From positions 3,611 through 67,610 of the forward strand of contig CAZASA010000002.1 in the NCBI GenBank assembly GCA_964487685.1: DNA of 64,000 bases, written 5' to 3'. This document shows positions 45,271 through 55,397 of the stretch, one piece after another (the first letter of the stretch is position 1; each line of letters begins with the position of its first letter). Source of the DNA: an uncultured Planctomycetales bacterium (GTDB taxonomy: Bacteria; Omnitrophota; Gorgyraeia; Zapsychrales; Fredricksoniimonadaceae). Under the pieces are notes generated by a model. It was not told the origin of the DNA and made no database searches. It saw only the letters and a list, made by a program, of their open reading frames with translations. The translations under genes were made by a program, and so were the position numbers.

Positions 45271-47154
45271 ATGAATTCATTTGATTGTATCGTTATAGGA
45301 GCAGGACATGCGGGGGTTGAGGCGGCTTTGAGTGCGGCCCGTATGGGGCTTAAGGTCGCTATGGTGACCCTATCTCAAGAGACCATAGGCCAGATGAGCT
45401 GTAACCCTGCCATCGGCGGGGTTGGTAAGGGGCAATTGGTCAAGGAGATCGATGCCTTGGGCGGCCAGATGGGTTTGGCGGCTGATTGCACGGGTATTCA
45501 GTTCCGCCAGCTCAACGCTTCCAAAGGCCAGGCTGTCCGTTCTTCCCGCTGTCAATCCGACCGCAAACAATACCGTTTATATATGAAGCAGGTGGTCTTA
45601 AACCAACCCAATCTCGTTGTCATCGAAGATAAGGTCATTGAGCTCTTGGTGGAATCTGGGGAGGTTAAAGGTCTTGTAACCGCTGGCGGCCTGCATTTAC
45701 AATCTCCGACAGTGGTTATCACCACCGGTACTTTTTTAGACGGGCGAATTCATATGGGGACACAGATCGTCTCCGGCGGCCGCATCGGTGAGCAGGCCTC
45801 CCAACGGCTTGCCCATTCCATCCGTGATCTTGGTTTTGAGGTGTTGATGTTCAAGACCGGCACACCGCCCAGGCTTGATGGACGTACCATTGATTTTACA
45901 CATATGGAACGACAGGATTCGGATGACCCGATCCTGCCGTTTTCTTTCAGGACACCTTTTATTGCACAGGACCGCAAACTTTTGCCATGTTTCATTACGC
46001 GTACGACCGAAGAGACCCATGATATCATCCGTGCCAATTTCCATTTATCGCCGATGTATTCCGGCCAGATCAAGGCCACCGGTGTCCGTTATTGCCCCTC
46101 CATCGAAGACAAATTAAAAAAATTCGCCCACCGCTCGTCCCATCATGTTTTCCTGGAGCCTGAAGGGCTGGACACATTTGAATATTATCCAAACGGTATT
46201 TCGACCGGTCTTCCGGCTGATGTACAAGAGAAAATGGTCCATTCCATCCCGGGCCTAGAGAAGGCCGTGATGGTGCGTCCGGGCTATTCCATTGAGCATG
46301 GGGTAGTGCCGGCCACCGAATTGAAACCAACGCTCGAGACCAAGAAGGTCAAAGGATTATATTTGGCAGGCCAGATCAATGGTACCACCGGATATGAAGA
46401 AGCCGGCGCCCAAGGATTGATCGCTGGGATCAACGCTGCTTTACAGGTGCAAAACAAAGAGCCGTTCATCTTGGGCCGCCACGAATCTTATATCGGGGTC
46501 TTGATCGATGATCTGACCACCAAGGGCACTGAGGAGCCTTACCGGATGTTCACCTCGAGGGTGGAATACCGCCTGATCGTGCGTGAGGACAATGCGGACA
46601 AGCGTTTGTCATCTTATGGGTATAAGTTCGGGTTATTATCTGACCAGGACAACCAAAAAATAATGGAGAAATATTCAGCGATCAACGATGAGATCGAACA
46701 TTTACGCAGTACCAAGATCCCGCCAGGAACACCCTTGGATGAGATTTTAAAGAATGCCGCCAGTGCCCCTTTGCAGCAGTCTGTCTCCTTGTATGATCTG
46801 CTTAAAAGGCCGGAGATCAATTATGATATGATCTCGGGCTTTGACGGCACCTTAAAGGACCTAGGCCGTCAGGTGATCGCCCAGGTTGAATATGAGATCA
46901 AATATGAAGGTTTTATCCATCGTCAGCAAAAAGAAGTGGAAAAATTCCGGCATATCGAATATATCCGTATCCCTGAGGGTTTTGATTTTAAGGAGATCCC
47001 GGGGCTTTCCAAAGAGATCGTCGAGAAACTTAACCGTTTTAATCCCGTCACCCTAGGACAAGCTAACCGGATATCCGGTGTGACCCCTTCAGCGATCACC
47101 GTATTGATGGTTTATTTAAAAAAATGGAATGCAGCAAAAAAAGACAAACTTTAA
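45271..47154 (+). CDS. mnmG: tRNA uridine-5-carboxymethylaminomethyl modification enzyme MnmG (GidA)
   Basis: '[23 protein letters not shown]' FAD-binding motif. Confidence 0.9.
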   Translation: MNSFDCIVIGAGHAGVEAALSAARMGLKVAMVTLSQETIGQMSCNPAIGGVGKGQLVKEIDALGGQMGLAADCTGIQFRQLNASKGQAVRSSRCQSDRKQYRLYMKQVVLNQPNLVVIEDKVIELLVESGEVKGLVTAGGLHLQSPTVVITTGTFLDGRIHMGTQIVSGGRIGEQASQRLAHSIRDLGFEVLMFKTGTPPRLDGRTIDFTHMERQDSDDPILPFSFRTPFIAQDRKLLPCFITRTTEETHDIIRANFHLSPMYSGQIKATGVRYCPSIEDKLKKFAHRSSHHVFLEPEGLDTFEYYPNGISTGLPADVQEKMVHSIPGLEKAVMVRPGYSIEHGVVPATELKPTLETKKVKGLYLAGQINGTTGYEEAGAQGLIAGINAALQVQNKEPFILGRHESYIGVLIDDLTTKGTEEPYRMFTSRVEYRLIVREDNADKRLSSYGYKFGLLSDQDNQKIMEKYSAINDEIEHLRSTKIPPGTPLDEILKNAASAPLQQSVSLYDLLKRPEINYDMISGFDGTLKDLGRQVIAQVEYEIKYEGFIHRQQKEVEKFRHIEYIRIPEGFDFKEIPGLSKEIVEKLNRFNPVTLGQANRISGVTPSAITVLMVYLKKWNAAKKDKL

Positions 47155-47170
47155 CCGGGAGAGATCACTC

Positions 47171-48106
47171 ATGAAAATCGCCAATGATATCACAGAATTG
47201 ATCGGCAATACGCCTTTAGTCAAACTTAATAAGGTTACGAAAGGCTGTCAGGCTACGGTGCTGGCAAAACTGGAATTCTTTAATCCTTTAAGTTCAGTCA
47301 AGGACAGGATCGGTTTTAACATGATCCGTGCCGCCGAGAAAGAAGGGAAGATCAAGGCCAACACCGTCATTGTTGAGCCAACTTCCGGAAATACCGGCAT
47401 TGCCCTGGCCTTTGTCTGTGCGGTCAAAGGTTATAAATTGATGCTGACCATGCCTGAGACGATGAGCTTGGAGCGTCGGGCTTTATTAAGGGCTTTAGGC
47501 GCAGAACTGGTTTTAACGCCTGGCCCGGAAGGGATGAAGGGGGCGATCAAAAAAGCCAAAGATATCCTGGATTCTGATCCGGATAAATATTTTATGCCCC
47601 AGCAATTTGATAATCCCGCGAATGTCGAGATCCACCGGTTGACAACGGCCGAAGAGATATGGCGTGATACGGACGGTAAGGTGGATATATTGGTCTCTGG
47701 GGTTGGCACAGGCGGCACGATCACGGGTATTGCCCAGGTGATCAAGCAGCGCAAGCCTTCATTTAAAGCGATCGCTGTTGAGCCGGTCACCTCACCAGTC
47801 CTTTCCGGTGGACAGGCAGGTCCTCACAAGATCCAGGGCATCGGAGCAGGATTTATTCCCAGCATTGTGGATGTGAAGCTTATTGATGAGGTCATCCAGG
47901 TTTCCAATGATGAGTCCTTTGCTATGGCCAAGAGATTGATCCGTGAGGAAGGCATTCTTTGCGGGATTTCATCCGGTGCAGCGGTCACTGCGGCTGTGAA
48001 GGTGGCCATGCGCCCGGAGAATAAGGGCAAGATGATCGTTGCGATCATTCCATCCACCGGCGAGCGTTATTTATCTACCGATCTTTTTGCTGAGTATCGT
48101 TCATAA
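47171..48106 (+). CDS. cysK: Cysteine synthase A (O-acetylserine sulfhydrylase)
   Basis: '[11 protein letters not shown]', PLP-lysine 'SVKDRIG', 'GTGGTITG'. Confidence 0.85.
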   Translation: MKIANDITELIGNTPLVKLNKVTKGCQATVLAKLEFFNPLSSVKDRIGFNMIRAAEKEGKIKANTVIVEPTSGNTGIALAFVCAVKGYKLMLTMPETMSLERRALLRALGAELVLTPGPEGMKGAIKKAKDILDSDPDKYFMPQQFDNPANVEIHRLTTAEEIWRDTDGKVDILVSGVGTGGTITGIAQVIKQRKPSFKAIAVEPVTSPVLSGGQAGPHKIQGIGAGFIPSIVDVKLIDEVIQVSNDESFAMAKRLIREEGILCGISSGAAVTAAVKVAMRPENKGKMIVAIIPSTGERYLSTDLFAEYRS

Positions 48107-48706
48107 CCCAAGGGTTTGATCGAGGACGATCTCGGCCATCATGGCGGCGCATTGGGTCACGCGCGGGGCCATGGGTGGATGTCCTTTGGCGCTGTCAGTA
48201 CTGCGGTCCCCGCAAATATAGACATTGCCCATTTTCTTGACGGTCATGGGCTTTTTTTCTTTTAATCCTGCCATCCCAACCCCGCTGATGACCAAAGGGA
48301 AACGCGGCGCGTAATACTGCACGAACCGGTACTTCCAGTCCGTCACATCAAAAGCTTCAACGATAATATCAAATCCTTTAAAAAATTCTTCAGCATTGCC
48401 TTCATGCCATTTGGTTTGGTGGACCACTATATTAGCGTCGGGGTTAATGTCCAGGAGCCGTGTTTTAAGGACTTCAACCTTGGGCCGTCCTATCTCAGCG
48501 GTGAAATACTGCTGGCGGTTGAGATTGGAGGCATCGATCACGTCTTGGTCGATGATCTCAAGGCACTTGAAACCCGAACGCACCAGGATCATAGCGCAGT
48601 TAGAACCCAAGCCGCCGGCGCCGCCAATACCGATCTTGCGGGACTGGATCAGGGCTAATTGATCAGCGTTAAGGTATTTTAAAAGACCTTGTTCAAAGGC
48701 GTTCAT
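48101..48706 (-). CDS. thiF: ThiF/MoeB-family adenylyltransferase (sulfur-carrier ThiS adenylyltransferase)
   Basis: '[21 protein letters not shown]' Rossmann glycine loop; 201 aa short ThiF. Confidence 0.65.
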   Translation of the reverse strand: MNAFEQGLLKYLNADQLALIQSRKIGIGGAGGLGSNCAMILVRSGFKCLEIIDQDVIDASNLNRQQYFTAEIGRPKVEVLKTRLLDINPDANIVVHQTKWHEGNAEEFFKGFDIIVEAFDVTDWKYRFVQYYAPRFPLVISGVGMAGLKEKKPMTVKKMGNVYICGDRSTDSAKGHPPMAPRVTQCAAMMAEIVLDQTLGL

Positions 48707-49722
48707 AGGGCGTTTTCAATATGGCGCCAGTCCGTAAATACAGGATCAAAATTCTTGGCTTTAAGAAGGCTTATGATCTGGGCAACACTGCGTTCGTCCT
48801 TGATATCGAATTGCGGGTCCTGGTTCTTTTCTTCCAGCAGGGTGTAGCCGCCGACCGACGTGTTTGAACCTGCCGACATACGGGTGATGCCGATCTCTAA
48901 AAGATGGTCGCGTAGTCTGGGTTCTTCGCGGGTGGAAAGATTGATGCCTACCCGGGGAAATAAAATTCGGGTCAAGGCGATGATCTTGACGAACTGCGCA
49001 TCATCGACGTCACAATGGCCCAAGGCTTCTGATTTGACCGTGCGAAGCCGGGGGAATGAGACGCTGTATTCAACCCCGGGAAAAGCTTTTTCCAATTCCC
49101 TTAAATGCTGGTAAAGCGCATAGGTGTCCTGGACAACATCGCTCAAGCCCAAAAGGATCCCTAAGGACAGATGGCGCATACCGGCTTGGGCCGCGCGTCT
49201 TGGCGTTTGATACCTGAAATCATAATCTTTTTTATAGCCGGATAAATGCACCTGGGCGTAGCGTGTTCGGTCATAGGTTTCCTGATAAACAGTGATACCA
49301 TCCACCCCGGCGGCGAATAATTCCTGGTATTCGGGCATTTGCATCGGATGCACTTCAAGGGCAATGCCCTGGAAATATTCTGAGCCGATCATGGCCGCTT
49401 CTTTTAAATACGACACAGGGGTATGTTTATAGGACTCGCCGGTCAACATTAGGATATTGCGAATACCTTGCCCGTGGATGTACTGCATTTCCTTGCGGTA
49501 CTGCTCGGGTTCAAGCTTCATCCGCTGGATCTTGTGCTGACTGTGGAATCCGCAATAGGTGCAATGGCTGGAACAGAAATTGGATAAGTACAAAGGTCCA
49601 TAAAGACTTATAGCACGGCCGAAATATTGCCGTGTCGTTTGGGCTGCCTGAAGGGCCAGCGCTTCGACGGATCGCGGTGATCTATCAGTGAGAATATTTT
49701 TAATTTGCTGGAACGTCATCAT
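48703..49722 (-). CDS. thiH: 2-iminoacetate synthase ThiH (radical SAM tyrosine lyase)
   Basis: '[10 protein letters not shown]' radical SAM cluster motif; placement between thiF and thiG. Confidence 0.6.
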   Translation of the reverse strand: MMTFQQIKNILTDRSPRSVEALALQAAQTTRQYFGRAISLYGPLYLSNFCSSHCTYCGFHSQHKIQRMKLEPEQYRKEMQYIHGQGIRNILMLTGESYKHTPVSYLKEAAMIGSEYFQGIALEVHPMQMPEYQELFAAGVDGITVYQETYDRTRYAQVHLSGYKKDYDFRYQTPRRAAQAGMRHLSLGILLGLSDVVQDTYALYQHLRELEKAFPGVEYSVSFPRLRTVKSEALGHCDVDDAQFVKIIALTRILFPRVGINLSTREEPRLRDHLLEIGITRMSAGSNTSVGGYTLLEEKNQDPQFDIKDERSVAQIISLLKAKNFDPVFTDWRHIENAL

Positions 49723-50488
49723 ACAAAAATCCCGTCAGGGGTGAGGAGGCATTAGCTAAAAAATTCTTAAGAGGCAAACCGCTTAAATAGGCCATACGTC
49801 CGGCTTCAACAGCTAAAGCAAAGGCACGGGCCAGTGTCGCCGGATCCTGGGCGGAGGCGACCGCAGTATTGACCAAGACAGCATCCGCGCCCATTTCCAT
49901 GGCTTCAGCCGCTTGGGAGGGGGCTCCGATGCCGGCATCCACGATGATGGGAAGGTCGATCTCATCGATCAAAACCTGGATAAATTCCTTGGTCTTCAAG
50001 CCCTGATTACTGCCGATAAAAGAGCCCAAGGGCATGACTGTCGCGGCACCAGCTTTAACAAGGGCACGCGCGGTATATAGATCGGGTGTAATGTAGGGCA
50101 GTACCACAAAGCCTTCGGCCGCGAGGATCTCGGTTGCTTTGATGGTTTCCTGATTGTCAGGAAGTAAATATTTACTGTCATTGATCACTTCGATCTTGAC
50201 CCAATTGCCGCAGCCTGATGCTTTGGCCAGACGAGCGATGCGCACCGCTTCCTGGGCGTTACGCGCACCGGAGGTGTTCGTTAATAGTGTTACATGCGGG
50301 GGAATGAATTCCAGGATATTTTCTTCATGGCGTTCAAGGTCAATACGGCGAAGAGCCACGGTGACGATTTGACTGCCGCTTGCGGCAATGCTTTGGGCCA
50401 GGTCATTTTTACTTTTGAATTTTCCGGTACCCAACAAAAAACGGCTGGTAAATGATTTGCCCGCGATCACTAAAGCAGGATCGGTCAT
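49700..50488 (-). CDS. thiG: Thiazole synthase ThiG
   Basis: '[14 protein letters not shown]', Schiff-base Lys region. Start taken at '[11 protein letters not shown]'. Confidence 0.8.
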   Translation of the reverse strand: MTDPALVIAGKSFTSRFLLGTGKFKSKNDLAQSIAASGSQIVTVALRRIDLERHEENILEFIPPHVTLLTNTSGARNAQEAVRIARLAKASGCGNWVKIEVINDSKYLLPDNQETIKATEILAAEGFVVLPYITPDLYTARALVKAGAATVMPLGSFIGSNQGLKTKEFIQVLIDEIDLPIIVDAGIGAPSQAAEAMEMGADAVLVNTAVASAQDPATLARAFALAVEAGRMAYLSGLPLKNFLANASSPLTGFLYDDVPAN

Positions 50489-50489
50489 C

Positions 50490-50690
50490 TTAACCACCAC
50501 CGACGAAGGTGACCAGTTCCAGGGCATCGCCGTTTTTAAGCGTTGTCTGGGGCCATTTTTCTGAAGGTATGATATTACCGTTTAGTTCAGTGATCACATG
50601 TTTGGGCTGTTTGCAAAAACCCGCGACAATTTCAGACAAGTTCTTTGCCGTGTCCAATTGTTGGGATGTACCATTGATGGTGATATTCAT
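50490..50690 (-). CDS. thiS: Sulfur carrier protein ThiS
   Basis: 66 aa ending in '...VTFVGGG' (C-terminal Gly-Gly). Confidence 0.6.
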   Translation of the reverse strand: MNITINGTSQQLDTAKNLSEIVAGFCKQPKHVITELNGNIIPSEKWPQTTLKNGDALELVTFVGGG

Positions 50691-50867
50691 AACGTACCTC
50701 GCTAATTTTCAATGTTTCATTCTAATTTATTTGCCCTAAAAAAGCAAATTTTTGCGGGGCGCATAAATATTTAATAATAATATTTACAGCCATATTTTTG
50801 ATATAAAATATCCCTGTTGGAATTGATTTTAGCCGCAAAAATATATCTTTTATTTCCGGGCGTTTTT

Positions 50868-50875
50868 TGTATAAT
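50868..50875 (+). promoter_or_regulatory. Candidate extended -10 promoter element (TGtTATAAT) for speH
   Basis: 'tgtataat' sits ~50 nt upstream of the speH ATG, in an AT-rich divergent intergenic region. Confidence 0.3.
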
Positions 50876-50924
50876 ATTGCGTTTCTATTGAAAGACCAAA
50901 GCGCAAAAAAAGGACGGCCAATAA

Positions 50925-51344
50925 ATGAGCAAATCCGCTGTATTCGGTTATGAGCTTCTGCTTGACCTGTATGAATGCAAACAGGGTGTCTGTGATGATC
51001 TGACGTTATGTTACAATTTTCTCGATGAGATCGTAGGTTTCCTGGGCATGGAAAAGCAGGCCCCTCCGTCGATCTTCCGCTCTGACGGTGTGCGCTTCCC
51101 GGACAAAGCAGGGCTTTCCGGCTGGGTGCCCTTGATCGAGAGTTCCATTGTCATCCACACCTTGACCCCCAAAGATTTTATTACGGTTGATATTTATTGC
51201 TGCCGTTCCTTTGACCGTAAAAAAGCGGAAGAGTTTTGCCGCGGTTATTTCGCCCCCAAGACATTGCAGGCGCAGTTTGTTGAACGGGGTTTAAATTATT
51301 ACCAGGAAAATGCGCCTTCTGCCAAAGAAATGGCGCATAAGTAA
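50925..51344 (+). CDS. speH: S-adenosylmethionine decarboxylase proenzyme (small class 1b)
   Basis: 'YELLLDLYEC', self-cleavage site 'LIESSIVIHT' (E-S|S). Confidence 0.65.
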   Translation: MSKSAVFGYELLLDLYECKQGVCDDLTLCYNFLDEIVGFLGMEKQAPPSIFRSDGVRFPDKAGLSGWVPLIESSIVIHTLTPKDFITVDIYCCRSFDRKKAEEFCRGYFAPKTLQAQFVERGLNYYQENAPSAKEMAHK

Positions 51345-51393
51345 CACTGACGTAAAACAAGTGTTATCCTTAGCTGGCGAAGGATTTGATTGA

Positions 51394-51430
51394 AAGGGGA
51401 TTGGCTAAAAACTGATCCCCTTTATTATTT
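51394..51430 (+). terminator. Rho-independent terminator/attenuator-like hairpin (aaggggat...atcccctt + tattattt)
   Basis: 8-bp GC-containing stem, 13-nt loop, U-rich tail; lies only 10 nt before the leuS ATG. Confidence 0.4.
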
Positions 51431-51439
51431 GAGGCGAAC

Positions 51440-53923
51440 ATGCCCTATACCACTAATGACATCAGGGAAATTGAAAGCAAATGGCAGGAGTTTTGGGAGA
51501 AGAATAAAGTCTTTTATGTAGAGACCGATCCTTCAAAACCCAAATACTATGTGCTGGAAATGTTCCCCTATCCTTCGGGGAAGATCCACATGGGCCATGT
51601 GCGTAATTACACCATCGCGGATGTGATCGCGCGCTATAAGATGATGCGGGGGTTTAATGTCCTGCACCCTATCGGCTATGATGCCTTTGGCCAGCCCGCG
51701 GAAAACGCCGCCATTAAGAACAAGACCAATCCTTCCCAATGGACCTACCAATGCATCACCCAGATGCATGATGAATTAAAGAAAATGGGATTCTCTTATG
51801 ATTGGGGCCGGGAACTGGCCACCTGCGATGCCGAATATTATAAGTGGAACCAATGGATATTTATCAAGATGTACGAGCGGGGGCTCAGTTATAAAAAAGC
51901 CTCTTCAGTCAATTGGTGCCCGGATTGCGAGACCACCCTGGCCAATGAGGAAGTGATCAACGGCCTTTGCTGGCGCTGTAAGACCCCGGTCATTCAAAAA
52001 GATTTAGAACAATGGTATTTGAGGATCACCCAATTCGCGCCTGACTTGCTGGAAGACTTAAAAAAATTAGACCAATGGCCTTCCCGTGTTCGGGCCATGC
52101 AGGAGAACTGGATCGGTAAGAGTTATGGGGTTGAGATCTCCTTTAAGGTCCAGGGCTCAAAAGAAATCATCAATGTTTTTACGACCAGGGCAGACACCAT
52201 CTTTGGTGCCACCTATGTGGTTTTGGCCCCCGAACATCCCATGGTCAAAAAATTGACCAAGGGGACACCGCAGGAAAAAGAGACCCTCGCGTTTATCGAA
52301 AAGACCGCCAATAAAAGCAAGTCCCTGCGCATGTCCGGTGATCAACGCAAGGAAGGGGTATTTATCGGTCGTCAGGCAGTCAATCCCGTAAACAATGAAA
52401 CCATCCCTATTTTTATCGGGGACTATGTCTTGATGGAATACGGGACAGGGGCCATCATGGCTGTTCCCACCCATGACCAGCGTGATTTTGAATTTGCCAG
52501 GCAGTATAAATTACCTATGCGTATTGTGATCCAAGACCCTAAAAATCCTTCGATCGCCGTCGAAAACATGACCCAGGCTTATGTGGAAGAAGGCGTGCTC
52601 GTTAATTCCGGGGAATTTAACAAGGTCCCTAATGAAGAGGCCAAAAAGAAGATCGGCGAATGGATGCAGCACAAACGGTTAGGCAAGCTTAGTATCCATT
52701 GGCGTTTGCGTGATTGGTTGATCTCCCGCCAGCGTTACTGGGGAACGCCAATTCCTATGATCTATTGCCCTGAATGTGGGATGGTTCCGGTACCTTACCA
52801 TCAATTGCCGGTGGAATTGCCCAAGGATGTCGAGATCACCGGTGAAGGCGGTTCACCCTTGGCCAAGGCAAGGTCTTTTGTTGAATGCCCGTGCCCCAAA
52901 TGCGGCAAGCCTGCCCGCCGGGAAACAGATACCATGGCGACCTTCTTTGATTCGTCCTGGTATTTCCTGCGTTTCTGCTCGGCGCATCTTAATGAAGAGA
53001 TCTTTGATAAGGCTGATGCCCAGTATTGGATGCCGGTGGACCAGTATATCGGCGGTATTGAGCATGCGATCCTGCATTTATTATACGCCAGATTTTTTAC
53101 CAAATTTTTTAAAGACATGGGCTTGATCAGCGGGGATGAACCCTTTACACGGCTATTGACACAGGGCATGGTGCTCAAGGACGGGGAAGTGATGTCCAAA
53201 TCCAGAGGCAATACCGTCGATCCTGATGAAGTGTTATCTAAATACGGAGCAGATACCCTGCGTTTGTTCATTTTGTTCGCCGCGCCCCCGGAAGACCAGT
53301 TGGAATGGAATGATAATGGCCTGGAAGGATCATGGAAATTCTTAAATCGTATCTATCGCATGGTTGAGGACAGGTATTATAGAGGCGTTGATACCATGTC
53401 CGCCGATGCCAAGGATCCCGAGAACCAGAAATTGGAATTGGAGCGCAATAAAGCCATCAAGCTCGTCACCCAATCATTTGAAGAAGGATATAAATTTAAT
53501 ACGGCGATCAGTCATTTGATGGTTTTGGCCAATGCCATTGATAAATATCCGTATGCCAAATCAGATGAGCCCAGCCGTCGGATTTTGCTGAATAGTTCTA
53601 TTGAAACCCTGGTGCTCTTGTTGTCCCCCTTCAGTCCGCATGTGGCCGAGGAGATGTGGCAGATGATGGGGAAGCCTGAACCTACCATGGCGCGGGTGGC
53701 CTGGCCTGTCTTTGATGAGAAAGCACTAAAGACGAGTACGATCATGATCGCGGTACAGGTCAACGGCCGTGTTCGTGCCCAAATAGAGATCGCTCCGGAT
53801 ATGCCGCAGGATGAATTGCGTAAAATTTGTTTGGCCAATCCAGGTGTCGCCAAATATGCAACAGATGCAGCCGTTAAAAAATTCATCGTTGTGCCCAATA
53901 AACTTGTAAGCATAGTGGTCTGA
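51440..53923 (+). CDS. leuS: Leucine--tRNA ligase
   Basis: 'PYPSGKIHMGHVRNY' (HIGH) and 'VMSKSRGN' (KMSKS). Confidence 0.9.
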   Translation: MPYTTNDIREIESKWQEFWEKNKVFYVETDPSKPKYYVLEMFPYPSGKIHMGHVRNYTIADVIARYKMMRGFNVLHPIGYDAFGQPAENAAIKNKTNPSQWTYQCITQMHDELKKMGFSYDWGRELATCDAEYYKWNQWIFIKMYERGLSYKKASSVNWCPDCETTLANEEVINGLCWRCKTPVIQKDLEQWYLRITQFAPDLLEDLKKLDQWPSRVRAMQENWIGKSYGVEISFKVQGSKEIINVFTTRADTIFGATYVVLAPEHPMVKKLTKGTPQEKETLAFIEKTANKSKSLRMSGDQRKEGVFIGRQAVNPVNNETIPIFIGDYVLMEYGTGAIMAVPTHDQRDFEFARQYKLPMRIVIQDPKNPSIAVENMTQAYVEEGVLVNSGEFNKVPNEEAKKKIGEWMQHKRLGKLSIHWRLRDWLISRQRYWGTPIPMIYCPECGMVPVPYHQLPVELPKDVEITGEGGSPLAKARSFVECPCPKCGKPARRETDTMATFFDSSWYFLRFCSAHLNEEIFDKADAQYWMPVDQYIGGIEHAILHLLYARFFTKFFKDMGLISGDEPFTRLLTQGMVLKDGEVMSKSRGNTVDPDEVLSKYGADTLRLFILFAAPPEDQLEWNDNGLEGSWKFLNRIYRMVEDRYYRGVDTMSADAKDPENQKLELERNKAIKLVTQSFEEGYKFNTAISHLMVLANAIDKYPYAKSDEPSRRILLNSSIETLVLLLSPFSPHVAEEMWQMMGKPEPTMARVAWPVFDEKALKTSTIMIAVQVNGRVRAQIEIAPDMPQDELRKICLANPGVAKYATDAAVKKFIVVPNKLVSIVV

Positions 53924-53943
53924 TTTTTGCTATACTGGTTTTC

Positions 53944-55236
53944 ATGAAATTCATCGCAGACCTTCACGTCCACTCCAAATATTCCCGCGCTACCGCTAAA
54001 AACCTTGATCTGGAAAACCTTTACCTTTGGGCCCAATACAAGGGCATTCACGTCGTCGGGACCGGGGACTTTGTGCATCCCAAATGGTTCAAGGAGCTGG
54101 AAGAAAAGCTTGAGCCGGCCGAGAATGGCTTATTCAAGCTTAAAGATCAGTTTGCCAAACCTATTGATGCCCAAATCCCTTCCAGCTGTCGTGGGCAAGT
54201 ACGATTCTTACTTACAGTAGAAATATCTAATATCTATAAGCGTCCTAAATTAGGCAAGGTGCGCAAGGTGCATAATCTGATCTGGGCGCCGTCCATGCAA
54301 GCCGCCCAAAAGATCCAAACCAAACTAGGGGCCATCGGTAATATCAATTCTGACGGCCGTCCTATATTGGGTTTGGATTCGTATGATCTGCTTAAAATAA
54401 CGCTGGATGCTGATCCTAAAAATATTTTTGTTCCCGCGCATATCTGGACACCGTGGTTCTCCGCCTTGGGTTCCATGGGCGGCTTTGACAGCATGGCGGA
54501 CGCTTTCGGTGATCTGACCCAGCACATTTTTGCCGTTGAAACAGGTTTGTCATCGGACCCGCCGATGAATTGGCGGCTGAATCAACTGGATGATTTTATC
54601 CTGGTCTCTAATTCAGATGCGCATTCTCCCGCGAAGCTTGGGCGTGAGGCCAATATTTTTGATACGGAATTTTCTTATGAGGGTATTTACAAAGCTTTGG
54701 CAGACAAAAATGATAAAGGCCTTGTGTCGACCATTGAATTTTTTCCGGAAGAAGGAAAATACCATTACGATGGCCACCGTGCCTGCCAGGTCCGATGGCA
54801 TCCCAAGGAATCGATCAAGCATAAAGATATCTGTTCTGTTTGCGGCAAGCCCATCACCGTCGGAGTTATGGCGCGTGTGGAAAAATTAGCTGACCGGCCG
54901 CAAGGGACAAAGTCCAAACGCTGGCGGCCTTACCATAATATTGTGGCCTTGCCCAGCTTGATCGCTGAGGCCAAAGAAATAGGCCCTGCCAGTAAGGCCG
55001 TGCAGGAAACTTATATGAATGTATTGAGCAAATTAGGCAACGAATTTTATATCCTGTTGGATTGTCCCTTGGCGGATATTAAGCGGGCGGCTGGGGATGT
55101 CCTGGCTGAAGGGGTCAACCGGATGCGGCAGGGCAAGGTCTCGATTGCAGCGGGTTATGACGGCGAGTTCGGGACCATCAAGATCTTTGGATCCGAAGAG
55201 CGCGAACACATTGAGCAACAATTGGCATTATTCTAA
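53944..55236 (+). CDS. Endonuclease Q family protein (PHP-domain nuclease with C-terminal zinc finger; TIGR00375)
   Basis: 'DLHVHSKYSRA' PHP start, 'VPAHIWTPWFSALG', 'SNSDAHSPAKLGREANIF', 'GKYHYDGHRAC...CSVCGKP' Zn-binding. These align in order with archaeal EndoQ as recalled. Confidence 0.65.
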   Translation: MKFIADLHVHSKYSRATAKNLDLENLYLWAQYKGIHVVGTGDFVHPKWFKELEEKLEPAENGLFKLKDQFAKPIDAQIPSSCRGQVRFLLTVEISNIYKRPKLGKVRKVHNLIWAPSMQAAQKIQTKLGAIGNINSDGRPILGLDSYDLLKITLDADPKNIFVPAHIWTPWFSALGSMGGFDSMADAFGDLTQHIFAVETGLSSDPPMNWRLNQLDDFILVSNSDAHSPAKLGREANIFDTEFSYEGIYKALADKNDKGLVSTIEFFPEEGKYHYDGHRACQVRWHPKESIKHKDICSVCGKPITVGVMARVEKLADRPQGTKSKRWRPYHNIVALPSLIAEAKEIGPASKAVQETYMNVLSKLGNEFYILLDCPLADIKRAAGDVLAEGVNRMRQGKVSIAAGYDGEFGTIKIFGSEEREHIEQQLALF

Positions 55237-55239
55237 TTC

Positions 55240-55385
55240 AGCAGGTCCTGTCTCGGACTTGCTGTTAAGGTGCTCCTGATTGAAAGGAGAAAGTCACAGC
55301 CTTAGCTCTTAGTGGTTTCCCTTGATTAGCCCTCAGAGCCGTCACCGTGCGCTCCTTAACATCAACTCCGAGCCACCCGCTGATC
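55240..55385 (-). repeat. GC-rich ~150-nt intergenic element (family C), copy 2, inverted relative to copy 1 and lacking the REP-B insertion
   Basis: The reverse complement shares ordered blocks with 7429-7599 (see copy 1). Confidence 0.6.
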
Positions 55386-55397
55386 AGCTTATAAAAT

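Noticed and set aside
50691-50924. Expected TPP riboswitch upstream of thiS
   Set aside because: Searched both strands for the invariant CUGAGA/ACCUGAUCUGGAUAAUGCCAGCG elements and found none. Reported only as an absence in the findings.
55237-55397. SRP (4.5S) or 6S RNA in the GC-rich endoQ-uvrD spacer
   Set aside because: No GGAAGG/AGCAG domain-IV motif or 6S-like central bubble could be recognised. The sequence is homologous to the purM-purD spacer, favouring a repeat-element explanation.
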